A DNA stretch of 64,000 nucleotides from Ranitomeya imitator (GCF_032444005.1 NC_091283.1:812758001-812822000); one strand, 5' to 3'; positions 25,176 through 44,600 are shown, counted from the first letter of the stretch. The notes: generated by a model from the sequence alone, not told the origin. Numbers and translations are program-made.

Positions 25176-25476
25176 GGCTACGTTCACATTGGCGTTCCGC
25201 CAATGTGTGTCGCTGTTGCGCCCTCGACGCAGCGGCGACGCAGCGGCGACGCAGCCCTATGTTTAACATAGGGGACGCGTGCGTCGTTTTGGTGGCGTTT
25301 TTCGCCACGTGCGTCGTTTCCGACGCTAGCGTCGGACGCAAGAAAACGCTACATGTAGCATTTTCTGTGCGTCCGATTTTCGTTGGAAAACGACGCACGC
25401 GTCGCAAAACGTTTTAGCGTGCGTCGCGCGTTGCGTCGCCGACGCACGGCGGCGCAACGCTAATGTGAACGTAGCC
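25176..25476. mobile_element. PIF/Harbinger-like MITE
   Basis: TIR GGCTACGTTCACATT; TAA target duplication on both sides. Confidence 0.8.
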
Positions 25477-26884
25477 TAAAAGACGCTTTTTATTGCAAAA
25501 AATGGTTTTTGTTTCTCCACATTTTGAGAGCTATAATTTTTCCATATTTTGGTCCACAGAGTCATATGAGGTCTTGTATTTTGCGGGACGAGTTGATGTT
25601 TTTATTGGTAACATTTTCGGGCACGTGACATTTTTTGATCGCTTTTTATTCCAAATTTTGTGAGGCAGAATGACCAAAAAACACCTATTCATGAATTTCT
25701 TTTGGGGGGGGGGCGCTTATACCGTTCCATGTTTGGTAAAATTGATAAAGCAGTTTTATTCTTCGGGTCAGTACAATTACAGTAATACCTCATTTTTTTA
25801 TGTTTTGGCGCTTTTATACGATAAAAACTATTTTATAGAAAAAATAATTATTTTGGCATCGCTTTAGTCTGAGGACTATAACTTTTTTATTTTTTCGCTG
25901 ATGATGCTGTATGGCAGCTCGCTTTTTGTGGGACAAGATGACATTTTCAGCGGTACCATGGTTATTTATATCCATCTTTTTGATCACGTGTTATTCCACT
26001 TTTTGTTCGGCGGTATGATAATAAAGCGTTTTTTGCCTCTTTTTTTTACCGTGTTCACTGAAGGGGTTAACTAGTGGGACAGTTTTATAGGTCGGGTCGC
26101 TACGGACGTGGCGATACTAAATATGTGTACTTTTATTGTTTTTTTTATTTAGATAAAGAAATGTATTTATGGGAACAATATATATATATATATTTTTTTT
26201 TCTTTATTTAGGAATTTTTTTAATTTTTTTTACACATGTGAATTGTTTACATTATCACATTGTCCCAGGGGGGACATCACTATATAGTGACAGATTGCTG
26301 ATCTGACACTTTGCAGAGCACTGTGTCAGATCAGCGATCTGACGTGCACTGCTCCAGGCTCACAGGCGCCTTCTCTGAGCAGGCGCTTGGAAGCCACCTC
26401 CCTGCAGGATCCGGAAATAGCCCCGCGGCCATTTTGGATCCGGGGCCTGCAGTGATGAGACGTTCGGTACAAGGTGAGCATATCGCCTTGCACCGAGGGT
26501 CTCAGGGAAGCCCGCAGGGAGCCCCCTCCCAGCGCGATGCTTCCCTATGCTCCCGGAAGGCTGCGATCATGTTTGATCACAGTGTGCCGGGGGCTAATGT
26601 GCTGGGAGCGGTCCGTGACCGCTCCTGGCACACAGTGCCGGATGTCAGCTGCGATAGTCAGCTGACACCCGGCTGCGATCGGCCGCGCTCACCCCGTGAG
26701 CGCAGCTGATTGCATATGACGTACTATTCCGTCACTGGAAATTAAGTCCCAGGTCACCTCGACGGGATAGTACGTCATATGGGATTAAGGGGTTAATGAA
26801 TATCAATTCACAGCACATTGTAGGAGTCAGTGCAGACTCAGGCATTGAGCCTGTAACTTCAACCAATCATATCTCGGCAGGTAA

Positions 26885-27067
26885 GGCCATGTTCACACGT
26901 TCAGTATTTGGTCAGTATTTTACATCAGTATTTGTAAGCCAAAACCAGGAGTGGAACAATCAGAGGAAAAGTATAATAGAAACATGTCACCACTTCTGTA
27001 TTTATCACCCACTCCTGGTCTTGGCTTATACATACTGATGTAAAATACTGAACGTGTGACCGCGACC
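26885..27067. mobile_element. PIF/Harbinger-like fold-back MITE
   Basis: TAA|GGCCATGTTCACACGTTCAGTATTT with a mirrored right arm; right terminus decayed. Confidence 0.6.
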
Positions 27068-28412
27068 AAAGTCTGCTAAGGGGATGTGTCATGGCTTCTA
27101 CCGTGTATGATCCCTATGGACCCCATTCTGGGCTCATAGAAGTCATCACTCCTTATTACACGTATACCCTCACAATATGTAGCGCTGACACAAGTTTTAT
27201 ACTTTAATATTAATAAATGTATATTTACAGATGTTAACACTTCCAGAAATAAGGCTTGAAATTAAAAGAATCATTAAAACGTAACCATCATTTTACAGTT
27301 TATTTCATAAATTAATAGTAAGAACGTGAAAATGGGCAACTTTGTAATATATCTTATCAGAGAAATCTGCTTCTTTCTCCTCCTGGACTGATCTTTCGCT
27401 CTCATTTCATGGTTAAAATCTGATATGAGAATTTTCATTTTTAATTGTAAAGTGCGGCAGAATATGTTGGTGCTATAAAAATAAAAATATTATTAAATTA
27501 ATCAATAAATTATTAATTATTATTAAATTATTGTTACCGTATATTACGGAGATAGAAGATGATAGTTGGTGCTTATAAAATTCTATGGAGAATGTAGGGG
27601 AGGGAGCTAGAGTCACCGACATTGTGCTGTAAGTTTTTCTGAAACGTCAGTTCGAATTCTCCGTAGAATTTTAAATGCACCAACTGTCTCCTCCTATCTC
27701 AGTAATGGGAAAATCTCTATTTAACGAAGACACATTTTACCCATGAGAATTTTTGGAATGAATGATCCGTCCAGTAGGAGAAAGAAGCAGATTTATCTGA
27801 TAGGATTTATTGCAGCGCTTCTTATTTTCATCTGCACTACTGATGCATGAAAAAAAAATCTAATCGACAGTTACTCTTTAAAGCCGGGACTAGGGGGTCT
27901 TCAAACCTGAACTTAATGGCCTTGTATATGCTTATGAGGACAATGTGGACCATGAAAGTCCGATGTATGAAACATCCAATCGTTCCCTAAATCCATCGTC
28001 GTCTTCCTCCCACTCGGTGAAATGGTTGTCCGCTTATGATGCTTTGATAAAACCATGAAAGTCACTGACGGACACAGACTGAAGAGGTCCATGTGCAAGA
28101 ACAGTATATAGGCCCTTCATGGCCCAATATCTCATCATAATGCAGAATTGCACCTGTTTTGCAGGTGATGGTGGCAGTGGCCCTTTGATTTCTTGGGCAT
28201 CTGCACAGGTTGGACCAATGATATGTCCACCCCTGATAAAAGTGCAAAGAGCTTGTCCTTCTCACCTGACGAGGGAGTATATTGCATATTAAGACTGAAG
28301 GAAGATATTGATCGGTTACACATCCCGTCAGCCGCTCTGAAACGACGAATGTACAACTTCCAACATGACCAACGGGACGGAGAAGCTGGTAGTTGTAGTT
28401 TCACAACAGCCA

Positions 28413-33060
<4,648 letters not shown>

Positions 33061-34300
33061 TATGTTCTAGGTGATGTCCGATGTGTCCTACAGGGAGTTC
33101 CTGAAATTCCTCAATGACTTGTGGAGGGATTAGAATTTTTTTTTTTTTCCTTTTTTTTGTAGGATGAGTCTGGAAAAGGGGGTAAAGCTCTAGTTTGTAG
33201 TCAGGGTGATCTCTGAAGCCCCTCGGTGTCTCCTCTGTATGATGACTACTCTTTATGTGAGGCACCAGCCTCTGGCTTAGTGGGCATCCCATAAAGGAGG
33301 AGACATAGCAGCCAGGAGAAACAGGGGGGAGGAGAAGACACTAAACTGGAATGACAACAAGGGGAGGAGAGGAGAAGTCTATTTATCCTGGTACCCAGTC
33401 CATTTATTTGTCCTTGGTGTCCTACTATTGTGCTCTTTCATAGCCACAATTACCGTGCACTTACACTGCCCCATCCTGTCATTCCGCTCTTTCATCTCCC
33501 ATCTGCCCATCATCCCAATCATCCATTTAATTCCTCATCCATTTGGCCTCACTCTTCAAATTAGCATTGGTTGGTTAGTTATAATGTGAATTTCAAGGTA
33601 AAGATTAAAACAGACATTAACGGGGTCATTGTTCTCCGGTTATAGATTGATGCGGATTCTAAATAATTCACAAAGAAAACAAAACACGACGTCAAGTCGC
33701 TCTCATCAATCTTTACAGGTCATGGATGGAGCCGTGTCACAGATGAAGAGACAAATCAACACATTTATTACGGGGAAATGTTACTTTTCAGAACAATTTC
33801 GAAAAAGAGGACTTAAGCTCTATAGCGCCGCCTGTTGGAAGTAGCGATCCTACAAGTCACAATCAACCCTTTAACGAGTCAATAATTTACAAATAATGAA
33901 ATCATTTTGCAGATTCCCTGCACCTCGTGAGCTGATGGGTAAAAGTTTTGCAGGGCAATATCGGCATCCACAGTATTGTGGTTTTCTGCTCTTGGAAAAT
34001 CTCTGTCCTAGATTCAGTCAAAATTTTTTTTAAAACAAACAAATTATGTTTTACTCCCCTCCCCAGGTCCAATGATGAGTCTCCACCGCTGCTCGTGGTT
34101 ACTGTTGTTGTTTGAAGCATTGACATCTCTCGCACAGCGCTGCAGCCAATCAGTGAGTTCAGCATCTCTGAGTGTCAGATGCCAATCACTGTTATCACTG
34201 ATTGGCTGCAGTGTTGTCGACTTGACGTCAGTGTTTTAGACAATACGAGACATCACAAGCAGTGTTGCAGAGTCAGAGCTGGACCTGGGGAGGATGAGCA

Positions 34301-35250
34301 AGGCCTCTTTCACACGTCAGTTAATTTCCTGTACCGGAGATATCCGTGTCCGTGTGTGTAATACTTGCGGCACACGTGTGGCAACCATGTGCCGCACCAG
34401 TACCACATGGACAGCCATCGGGGAAGAAGTGCTACAGTAAGCGCTGTTCCCCGGCGGCTGGTGCTGAAGCCGCTCTCATCATTCTCCCCCGCTCTGCTGG
34501 CGATCGGCGCTAGCAGAAGAGAATGATGAGAGTTATATTAAAGTCCGAACAATGACAGCAGGTGGGGGCTTTTGAGACTCTTACTTCCATCATCCAACAC
34601 CTGCTGCCGCTAATAACAGTGACAGCAGGAGGGGATGATCGGGGTATTCCTTACCCGCCGCCTGCGATATAACGAAATAAATGAATGAAAAACCTGACAT
34701 GGGTTCCCCCCTATTTTCTTTAACCAACCAGGCAAAACTCACAGCTGGGGGCTGCAACCCTCAGCTGTCAGCTTCAGCAAGGCTAGTTATCAATAAGGGT
34801 CCCCATGATGTTTTTTTAATTATTTAAATAAATAATTAAAAAAAAAAACGCGTGTGGTCCCCCCATTTTTGACAACCAGCCTTGCTAAAGCTCACAGCTG
34901 GGGGCTGGTATTCTCAGGCTCGTAAGGGGCCATGGATATAGGCCCCCCCAGCCTAAAAATATCAGCCTGCAGCTGCCCAGAAAAGGCGCAATAGATGCGC
35001 CAATTCTGGCGCTTTGCCCAACTCTTCCAACTTGCCCTGTAATGGTGGCAAGTGGGGTTCATATTTGTGGGGTTGATGTCACCTTTGTATTGTCAGGTGA
35101 CATCAAGCCCACGGCTTAGTCTATAAGACACCTATCCATTACTAATCCTATAGTTGTATGGTAAATAAAGATACAGCCAGAATAAAGTATTTTATTATAA
35201 GTAAAACAAAACACACTTTTCCTTTTTTATTTGAAAATAACAAACACAGT
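34301..35250. mobile_element. Non-autonomous PIF/Harbinger-like element, left portion
   Basis: Starts AGGCCTCTTTCACACG; internal motifs shared with 21184-22127. Confidence 0.45.
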
Positions 35251-35733
35251 TATACTCACCTAACGCCTAATTCTTCCGAAGCCCTCGTCTCCTGTAATAA
35301 AACAAAAATAAAAAAACAACAATATACCATCCCTGTCTGTCGTTCTGTCCCATGCTGTAATCCATGTCTGGGGGCTAAATACTGTAGTTTTCAACCTGGA
35401 CGGTGCCAAGATGCGACTGTCCCGGCTGAGAGCCACTGGTGAATGACCTGCTGAGAGCGCAGCGTCAGTGAGCAGCGGTGACATCATCACTGGCATTTTT
35501 CCACGGTCCTGAGGTCACCGCAGTTCAGCCTGGCCTCGATGATGTCAACGCTGGCGAATGATGCTACGCTCTCATCAGCTCATTCACCAGTGGTTCTCAG
35601 CTGGGACGGTCGCATCTTGGCACCATCCTGATTGAAAACTATTCAGCCCCCAGACATGGATTACAGCGTGGGACACAACGACAGACAGGTATGGTATATT
35701 GTTGTTTTTTTATTTTTGTTTTATTATAAGAGA

Positions 35734-36245
35734 CTAGATTGTGGCCCGATTCTAACGCATCGGGTATTCTAGAATATGCATGTCCCTGTAGTATATGGAC
35801 AATGATGATTCCAGAATTCGCGGCAGACTGTGCCCATCGCTGATTGGTCGAGGCAACCTTTATGACATCATCGTCGCCATGGCAACCATTAACCTTTTTG
35901 ATACGTACCAGGTGGTGTGCGAACATTTGTTGAGTGGCTTCTTTTCTTTTTGTTTTGTTTTGTGTTTCATGGCAACCATTATGACATCTACGTCGATACT
36001 GTGCCCTTCGCTGAATCAGAGACGCGGGATGTCTACGTCCTTTATGACATCATCGTCGCTGTGCCCGTCGCTGATTGGTCGAGGCTTGGCGGCCTCGACC
36101 AATCAGAGACGCGGGATTTCTACGTCGATACTGTGCCCGTCGCTGATTGGTCGAGACCTGGCGGCCTCGACCAATCAGAGACGCGGGATTTCCAGGACAG
36201 ACAGACAGACAGACGGAAAAACCCTTAGACAATTATATATATAGA
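35734..36245 (-). mobile_element. Non-autonomous Helitron, copy 1
   Basis: Minus strand A|TC start and CTAG|T end; 3' hairpin CCCGAT..ATCGGG a few nt before CTAG; no TSD; inserted in a fold-back MITE (about 35250-36280). Confidence 0.85.
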
Positions 36246-37164
36246 TAAAGGGCTTTCGGAGGAACAGGCGTTATCAAAACTACTGCAAGCAGCCCAGTAA
36301 GTGACACATCACTGTGGATATTGCTGCAATACACTCTGCTCCAACTGTATGTTACCCCATATCTCCTGTGTATACAATTCTCTGCTACCAGTGCTCCTTA
36401 AGGAAATGGCAATTTAGATGAATTGTCAATTATTTTATTAATTACTTGTATTTTTTTTCCTGTTTCATTATGATTTCTTATTTCATATTTTCTTTCCGTC
36501 TTCATCATCATCATCATCATCATCATCATTAATATTCTGTCCCCGTGCAGCCTTTAAATTGCTTTGATGCTTTGATCCTGGGTGTGTATCACCCCCCGAC
36601 CTGTCCTGATGACTAGAGCAAGCCGAAATCAATACTCTCAGCGTGTGGCTCGGGCTGATAAGGGAGCGCGGCGCAGTTTGGCCTTCAAAGGTGCGGCTGG
36701 TCGGATTCATTATTAGACATCAGGCTCAGAAACGGACATTGTGAGGCTTGTACCTACATGGAGGAAAATAAGCAGCTTCCTAAAGCCTTAAATGTAAGTC
36801 GATTTAAAGGGTGTCGGTCACCCCAAATTTACACTTCAAACTAACCCAATAGCCTTGTTGGAGATGTAGCAGCAATAAAAATATTTTTTTGTTTTTTTTT
36901 CTTTTAATCTGTTCTTCTGTTGCCCTCCAAAATAACGTTCTTGTAATATGCAAATACAAGTGCTTAGTGCCCCCTTGACGTGGGTAAATGCCTCGGTACA
37001 CCGTTTCACCCACTTATTTAAATTACTGTCATTCTATATTGGTTGACAGCGCTGGCCTCTGTTAGGTGATCTCTGTCCCTGTGCAGGATAGAGTTCACAA
37101 ATCTCTCTCTCCTCGCTGCTGACATCGCTACACAGCTATACATAAGTAATGTAAGGAGCAAGGA

Positions 37165-37555
37165 AGGAGTGACTTGTGTGCTCTCTCCTGCACTGAAGTG
37201 ATAGCAGAGGAGACGGGCATTGTCACCAGTGAGGAGAGAGTGACTTGTGTGCTCTCTCCTGCACTGAAGTGATAGCAGAGGAGATGGGCATTGTCACCAG
37301 TGAGGAGAGAGTGATTTGTGTGCTCTCTCCTGCACTGAAGTGATAGCAGAGGAGATGGGCATTGTCACCAGTGAGGAGAGAGTGACTTGTGTGCTCTCTC
37401 CTGCACTGAAGTGATAGCAGAGGAGATGGGCATTGTCACCAGTGAGGAGAGAGTGATTTGTGTGCTCTCTCCTGCACTGAAGTGATAGCAGAGGAGATGG
37501 GCATTGTCACCAGTGAGGAGAGAGTGATTTGTGTGCTCTCTCCTGCACTGAAGTG
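37165..37555. repeat. 71-bp tandem repeat, about 5.5 copies
   Basis: ATAGCAGAGG recurs at 37201, 37272 and 37343. Confidence 0.93.
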
Positions 37556-37831
37556 CAGAGGACGCAGGATGGGAGTAGCACATGATAGCATGGGGGCGCA
37601 GGATTGGAGTAGCACATAGACACAGGACGTCAGTGTTCAGTAATTGTAGCAGTGAGGAATATTGTATTAAAATAATATTTGGAGAACTAGCAGCGCCATA
37701 CTATATTATTATTTATATAGCACCAATGATTCCATGGTGCTGTACATGAGGTTACATACATATTATATAGAGTGAAGATGTTAGGGTGAGGCCACATGGA
37801 GCAACAGCACTGCAGCTGATATATATATATA

Positions 37832-38217
37832 CTAGATTGTGGCCCGATTCTAACGCATCGGGTATTCTAGAATATGCATGTCCCCGTAGTATATGGACAA
37901 TGATGATTCCAGAATTCGCGGCAGACTGTGCCCATCGCTGATTGGTCGAGGCAATCTTTATGACATCATCGTCGCCATGGCAACCATTATGACATCTACG
38001 TCGATACTGTGCCCGTCGCTGAATCAGAAACGATAGATGTCTACGTCCTTTATGACATCATCGTCGCTGTGCCCAATCAGAGACACGGGATTTCTACGTC
38101 GATGCTGTGCCGGTCTCTGATTGGTCGAGGCCTGGCAGCCTCGACCAATCAGAGAGCCGGGATTTCCAGGAGAGACAGACGGAAAAACCCTTAGACAATT
38201 ATATATATAGAAGAAGA
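37832..38217 (-). mobile_element. Non-autonomous Helitron, copy 2, in an (AT)n tract about 300 bp upstream of the LHPP ATG
   Basis: Same 3' terminal ~155 bp as copy 1; A|TC..CTAG|T termini and hairpin. Confidence 0.85.
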
Positions 38218-38445
38218 TATATATATATACCCTGTATAGTGGTGTAGCTTGAAGGAGGGCACAGAGGAGGGATCTTTGGGTGCAAAATTTGAAAAGAAAG
38301 AAAAAAAGTTACGAATTTATTTTTTTTGTTTCTAAACTTTGCGCCCTCATAGAAGACCCATCTCCAGGTCGGTGTTGTTTTATTTTCTTCCCACTGCTCT
38401 CGGTTATTGATTGCTTTCTCCTGATTCTTCTATGTCGGACTCGGA

Positions 38446-38464
38446 ACTACATGTCCCGTGATGC
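38446..38464 (+). promoter_or_regulatory. ZNF143/THAP11(Ronin)-type motif in the LHPP promoter
   Basis: ACTACATGTCCCGTGATGC matches the ACTACAnnTCCCAnnATGC consensus, about 50 bp upstream of the ATG in a CpG-rich region. Confidence 0.6.
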
Positions 38465-38512
38465 ACCGCGTCATATGTGGGCGTGGTCTAATTAGCTCGG
38501 AACAAGCTGGAC

Positions 38513-38631
38513 ATGGCGTCCTGGACTAGCGGGGTCCGGGCGGTGCTGCTGGACGTCAGCGGGGTCCTGTATGACAGCGGCGGCCCTGCGGGGGGCGCCG
38601 CCATAACCGGCTCTACCGAGGCCGTCAGCAG
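38513..38631 (+). CDS. LHPP: LHPP exon 1 ([23 protein letters not shown]..)
   Basis: HAD motif I; donor CAG|GTGAGC. Confidence 0.93.
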
Positions 38632-41600
38632 GTGAGCAGCCTGCACTGCAGCCAGGGGGCGTGGTGTGCAAGTGACGGGGCGGGGCTACAGTCGTACGAA
38701 GAGGCGTGGCTTATCTGCCGGTGAATGTCACTGTCACCTGGTCTGTGCGATCAAGTTCTTACAATTTCGTCGTTCCAGGATCGGCATGAATGTAATTCCC
38801 CAGCAATAAATACTCTGCACGTCCGATAAGCTGGTATTTATCCATGATCCATAAAACATCCGAGCACAGGGGTTTCCTATTACTGTTCTCGATAGTTCTC
38901 ACTTTGTGTACTTTTATTACCCTTCCACAGTGACACCTGTGCTCCCTTCTGCCCGACCCCCTAACGCTCAGTCTAATGGACCCATGTTCATACTTATCCC
39001 CAGGTGACCCCCTAATCGCCCACCTAGACCACCCACTAGCACATGTCAGCTCCATCATAGCTGGCAGGCACGCCGTCTTCTGTTATCTGCACCATTATCC
39101 CCCTAACAAGACCACCAGGAAACTAAGGTCACACTGATGGACCCCATTATGCCTCCTCTGCGGCCCATCGCGGTCCCCCTCATCTCTAATTTCCTAGTGG
39201 ATTACACCCCTGTTAGTCCAGAGGGTGAAAACTGCAGCGACCTCCATCACAAATCGGCAGCAAAACTTTGCACCCCCCCCCAAAAAAAAAGGGGGACATT
39301 TTTTTTGTGTCATATGACTGTTCTATTCCCCAAAGAGTAAGTTATCTCCTTTCCATTGGATAGAGGATAACTTACTGATAGCTGGAGGTCCGACCATAGG
39401 GACCCCCACCGATCCCGAGAACGTTCATGACCTCTGCTAAATTCATTGTCTATGGGACTCCTATAGAAGGCACATCTCCGCCATTGGCCGCAGTCCCATA
39501 GACAATGAATGGAACTGAGGCCAGGCATGTGCACCTACTCCTGTTTAAGATGGGTCCATTCTCAGGATCACTGGGGGTCTCAGCAGTCAGACCCCCAGCA
39601 ATCAATAAGATATCCCTTATCCTGTGGATAGCATGTAACTCACTATCTTGGAAATAACCCTTTAAAGACAACATGCCAACAAGTCCAAAGTGGTCAGTGT
39701 TGCTCTTAGTTTATGCCCACTGCTGAGTATTTTTTGTGACATATACACATACATATATATACTGTTCCGGAAATATGGGCCTTTTTATTTAGTGTTATTT
39801 TTTATGGTTTTTATAAAGGGGCGTGGCTCACAGGATCCTCGGGGGCGTGTCTTTAGACTACTTGGCATAATTACTGTGAGCCACGCCCCCTTGAAAAGAC
39901 CATAAAGATTGTGCTAAATAAAAAGGTCCACATCTCTAGAATTAAATGACAGTATTTAAAAAATAAAAAATCTTAATACTCGAGGGAACAGCATGAATGA
40001 AATAAGACCAAATATTTGTTCACTTTTGACCAAGTGAAAGCTCCTCATAACTGCTTAGTCAGTTAGCTTTCTCCCTATAGGTTATCAGTGTCAGACTGGT
40101 GGGGTGCAGCGCCCAGCACCCCTGCCGCCGATCAGCTGATATGAGACACCACAGCGCCGTACACCGTGTAGTGGCCATTCTCGGGTACTGCAGCTCAGAT
40201 CATAGTGTGACTAGGTGTTGCAGTACCAGAGAATGGCCACTACACTGTTTCGGCGCTTTGGAGCGCCGGATCTCTTGCTGGTGACTTCTGCTGATTGGTT
40301 GGTCCCTGTACAGCACAAGTCTGCAGCACATAACCGTGTATGAGGCTTTATGACCTACATGCTGCTATCAGTCATGCTGCTATCAGTCACTGTGTCTGAC
40401 TTTGGGCATTTGCGTTAAAAAAGGTGTCAGAGAAGGAGGCGTCCTGTGCTCACCTCCATGATGGGCAGCGACTCTATGTCTGGCAGTGTCTGGGGTGGCA
40501 GGTGGCAGCTATACTTAGTACACAGGTCTATATATAGAGGAGCGCGCAGTGACAGACGATCCACAGCTTAGATCTGAGCAGTGATACCTGGGCTGTGGGA
40601 CAATACTGGTATGTGACCACTGCAGCCGATCACCAGCCACAGCAGTGGCACATTGGTCACCACTGCTGCCAGTGATTGGCTGCAGTGGTCACATATCTGT
40701 TCATAAGTTACAGGAAGTATGGAGACTGGTGGAGGAATGAAACAGCATTGGAAATGGAGTGGTGGCAGATTAGTTAGGGAAATAGAGGTGTGACTTGTGG
40801 TTGTATTCCTGTCTGTGATGATAGTGAGACTTATGAAAATTGTTCCTGAAAGGACAGTAAGTATGAGTCTAAAATAGCCTCAGCGCCCAATGTGAAAATT
40901 GCAAGATTACTTTATTTTTTATTACTTATTTATTTTTTTTCTTGTACAGATCATGATATGAGATAAAAAAAATAGCAAAATGTATTTTTAAAAATACTGA
41001 TTTATATAATAGATCATTTTCTGATGACAAATTCCCTTTAAAGGAGTTATCCATGCTTGGGGTTCAAGTCTGCAGTCACGGCCCCTGGAGCGTGCAAGCG
41101 CATGGCTGCACGTATGCGATATACATACATTAGTGTGTAAGACCCCACAGTGTACATGAATTCACCACATGGTGGGATTCAGGAGCGACACAGACAGAAG
41201 AGGCCCCGGTGGGATTCAGGAGCGACACAGACAGAAGAAGCCCCAGTGGGATTCAGGAGCGACACAGACAGAAGAGGCCCCAGTGGGATTCAGGAGCGAC
41301 ACAGACAGAAGAGGCCCCAGTGGGATTCAGGAGCGACACAGACAGAAGAAGCCCCAGTGGGATTCAAGAGCGACACAGACAGAAGAGGCCCCAGTGGGAT
41401 TCAGGAGCAACACAGACAGAAGAGGCCCCAGTGGGATTCAGGAGCGACACAGACAGAAGAGGCCCCAGTGGGATTCAGGAGCGACACAGACAGAAGAAGC
41501 CCCAGTGGGATTCAGGAGCGACACAGACAGAAGAGGCCCCAGTGGGATTCAGGAGCGACACAGACAGAAGAAGCCCCAGTGGGATTCAGGGGCGACACAG

Positions 41601-44600
41601 ACAGAAGAGGCCCCAGTGGGATTCAGGAGCGACACAGACAGAAGAGGCCCCAGTGGGACTCAGGAGCGACACAGACAGAAGAGGCCCCAGTGGGACTCAG
41701 GAGCGACACAGACAGAAGAGGCCCCAGTGGGACTCAGGAGCGACACAGACAGAAGAGGCCCCAGTGGGATTCAGGAGCGACACAGACAGAAGAGGCCCCA
41801 GTGGGATTCAGGAGCAACACAGACAGAAGAGGCCCCAGTGGGACTCAGGAGCGACACAGACAGAAGAGGCCCCAGTGGGACTCAGGAGCGACACAGAGAG
41901 AAGAGGCCCCAGTGGGATTCAGGAGCGACACAGACAGAAGAGGCCCCAGTGGGACTCAGGAGCGACACAGACAGAAGAGGCCCCAGTGGGATTCAGGAGC
42001 GACACAGACAGAAGAGGCCCCAGTGGGATTCAGGAACAACACAGACAGAAGAGGCCCCAGTGGGACTCAGGAGCGACACAGACAGAAGAGGCCCCAGTGG
42101 GATTCAGGAGCGACACAGACAGAAGAGGCCCCAGTGGGATTCAGGAACAACACAGACAGAAGAGGCCCCAGTGGGACTCAGGAGCGACACAGACAGAAGA
42201 GGCCCCAGTGGGATTCAGGAGCGACACAGACAGAAGAGGCCCCAGTGGGATTCAGGAACAACACAGACAGAAGAGGCCCCAGTGGGACTCAGGAGCGACA
42301 CAGACAGAAGAGGCCCCAGTGGGACTCAGGAGCGACACAGACAGAAGAGGCCCCAGTGGAAGAACAGTATACGGGACATCTGCAGCCAATATCTCATCAG
42401 AATGCTCAATCCCACCTGCACTGGTGGCGATAGTGGCCCCTGACCTCCTGGGCCCCTGTATGGCTGCACAGGTTGCACCTATGATACGTCCGCCCCTGGT
42501 CGGATTCTCAGATTGTGAACCACCCCACTGATAAAACTTCAGGTTTGTAAATAAAATATCTGTATTTTTTTCTATCTGATCCTGAGTTACAGTCCGGAGC
42601 AGCATTCACAATTCTGCTCGTTGGTGTTGGGTACTGATGACAAGCTCGCCCTCAGATGCGCCCATAACGGCTTAGCAGAACTCTTTTATGCAGTAGCAGA
42701 GTTGGGTTATATTCACACGCAGCAGATTTTGTTGCAGTAATTTAGGACAGTAACAATCAGTTCTATACAACCAAATTGGCTTGTTCATTTTTGTAAGCCA
42801 CATTCATATAAGTGGGACATTCACAGCACCCAGGAAATGTGTCAACTTGTCTGGAAGGTCTCTACTTTTTACTTGTGTCCTAACATTTCGGGGAGATTTG
42901 TCAAGTATAGCTCATATGTCCCCCGAGGACAGAAGAGTAGAACATGTTGAAATTTGCATACCCAATACTGCTTTTTCCCCCATATCTGCTGTTGGATGAG
43001 AGTTTGGAAGACCCCCATACATGTCTCATGGTCCGAGGGTCTGGCCATTGTTAATCTACTGTGCATGTGAATGCGGCTCTAAGTAAAATAAGTGGAGGAG
43101 ATCGCATTAATACGAGAAATTCCACTGTCCTTCCATATGAAGCCAAAGACCTACAGAAGCTCATGGGTCTCCGTGGACAGTGTACAAAGGATTTTAGAAC
43201 TTGTCAGAGTAACTAAATCTTTTTTTTTTTTTTTTTAAATACTTTTGTCCAGCATGGAAAGTTCCGAAACTTTATTGGAGGATTTGTCTTCATTTCAGTA
43301 AAAAAAAATTACCTGTAAGCAGCTTCCAAACCTCAGCTTTTCCTGTCTATTTGCTTGCTTTTATCTGCATCAAAGAAGCCCTCCTCCTCCCATCAAAGTT
43401 TTTATCCTCTTAATATATTGCAGTCACCATATTATATAGCACTGTGCTCTTACAATTGCTCACTTTCCCTTTCTACCCAGTAAATTCTTCTCTTTTCTCT
43501 GCTCTATGTAGAAACAGGAAGTTACTTGTCCCTGCAGAAATCATTCCTCTATTCACAACTTGACCCAAACTCCTCCTCCCGCCAGGGACTTTTGCATTTT
43601 CGACTCATACAGGGAAAATTGACCTCCTCTTTCTACATAGAGCTTAGAAAAATTCACATGATGTCCTAGATCTAATGGAAAAGAGAAGAATTAGCTGGGT
43701 AGAAAGGCAAAACGAGCAATTGTAAGTGCTGTATAGTATGATGATTGCCATATATTAAGAGTATAAAAATGTTGATGGGAGTACAGCTGATGGCAGTGAT
43801 GGGTCAGCTCAGCACATATGCGTCATTATTATTATATGATAGTCATTAACTCTGATAAACTGCTGCAGGAAGGATTCTTGTTCAGAGGTGGAGGAGACAG
43901 GCGCTGACCCATCACTGCCATCATCTGTACTCCAAATTAGTACTTTCTCATTGCTTCTGAACGCCGGTAAATACACTGGGGAAAATATAAATTTTGGAAG
44001 CCAATCATATGCATTTTTTTTTACATGAATGAAGACAAATCCCCTAATAAAGTTATTTTCAATGTTTCATAATATTTCATACTGAACAAATAAAAAAGAA
44101 AAAGTTTAAAACGCTTAAGAACAGACCTGTGCTTGTGTCCTTTCTTTAGCTCCTTGTCTCGGACCTTTGTAGTGACAAGTGCATAGAATGAATGTTTTCA
44201 TTGGGAAGTGTGCCTGATCAATAGAGGCCGGCAGGAGACCACCTTCTTCTATCAGCTCCCTCCTGGCCTATGAATAGACATTTACAGCGTATTCTTGGAG
44301 ATTTGCACACAACTTCTGTCTGAACAACCTGCAATAAAATCCTGACAGGAGAAGTGAGCAGCTGGTGGCGGGTGTCGGATCGGTGTCCCACCAGGCAGGA
44401 CAAGACCCCGGTACCACGAAATATGTGCCTATACATATCCCATAAAATGATCCCGCTCCGCAGGAGGCCGTCTGCTCCCCCCGGGGCGTATTTATTGCTA
44501 TTTGTCTTTTTTTTTTTTTTTTCAACATTAAGTTTTTATTGACTATTTGTCTTTTTAAATATTCAGCCTTTACAGAAGATTTTAGTTGAATTCCACTTCC

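Larger units (their letters stand above)
22335..26796. mobile_element. Left-truncated non-autonomous piggyBac-like (TTAA) element with ~390-bp internal tandem units, telomere-like tract and nested MITEs
   Basis: Right end AAGGGG|TTAA at 26796 with sub-terminal inverted repeat ATATGACGTACTAT..ATAGTACGTCATAT; internal units start near 22977, 23369, 23763 and 24584; no transposase ORF. Confidence 0.6.

Noticed and set aside
41150-42531. Three parallel ~430-aa ORFs
   Set aside because: The 37-bp unit has no stop in any plus frame; intronic minisatellite.
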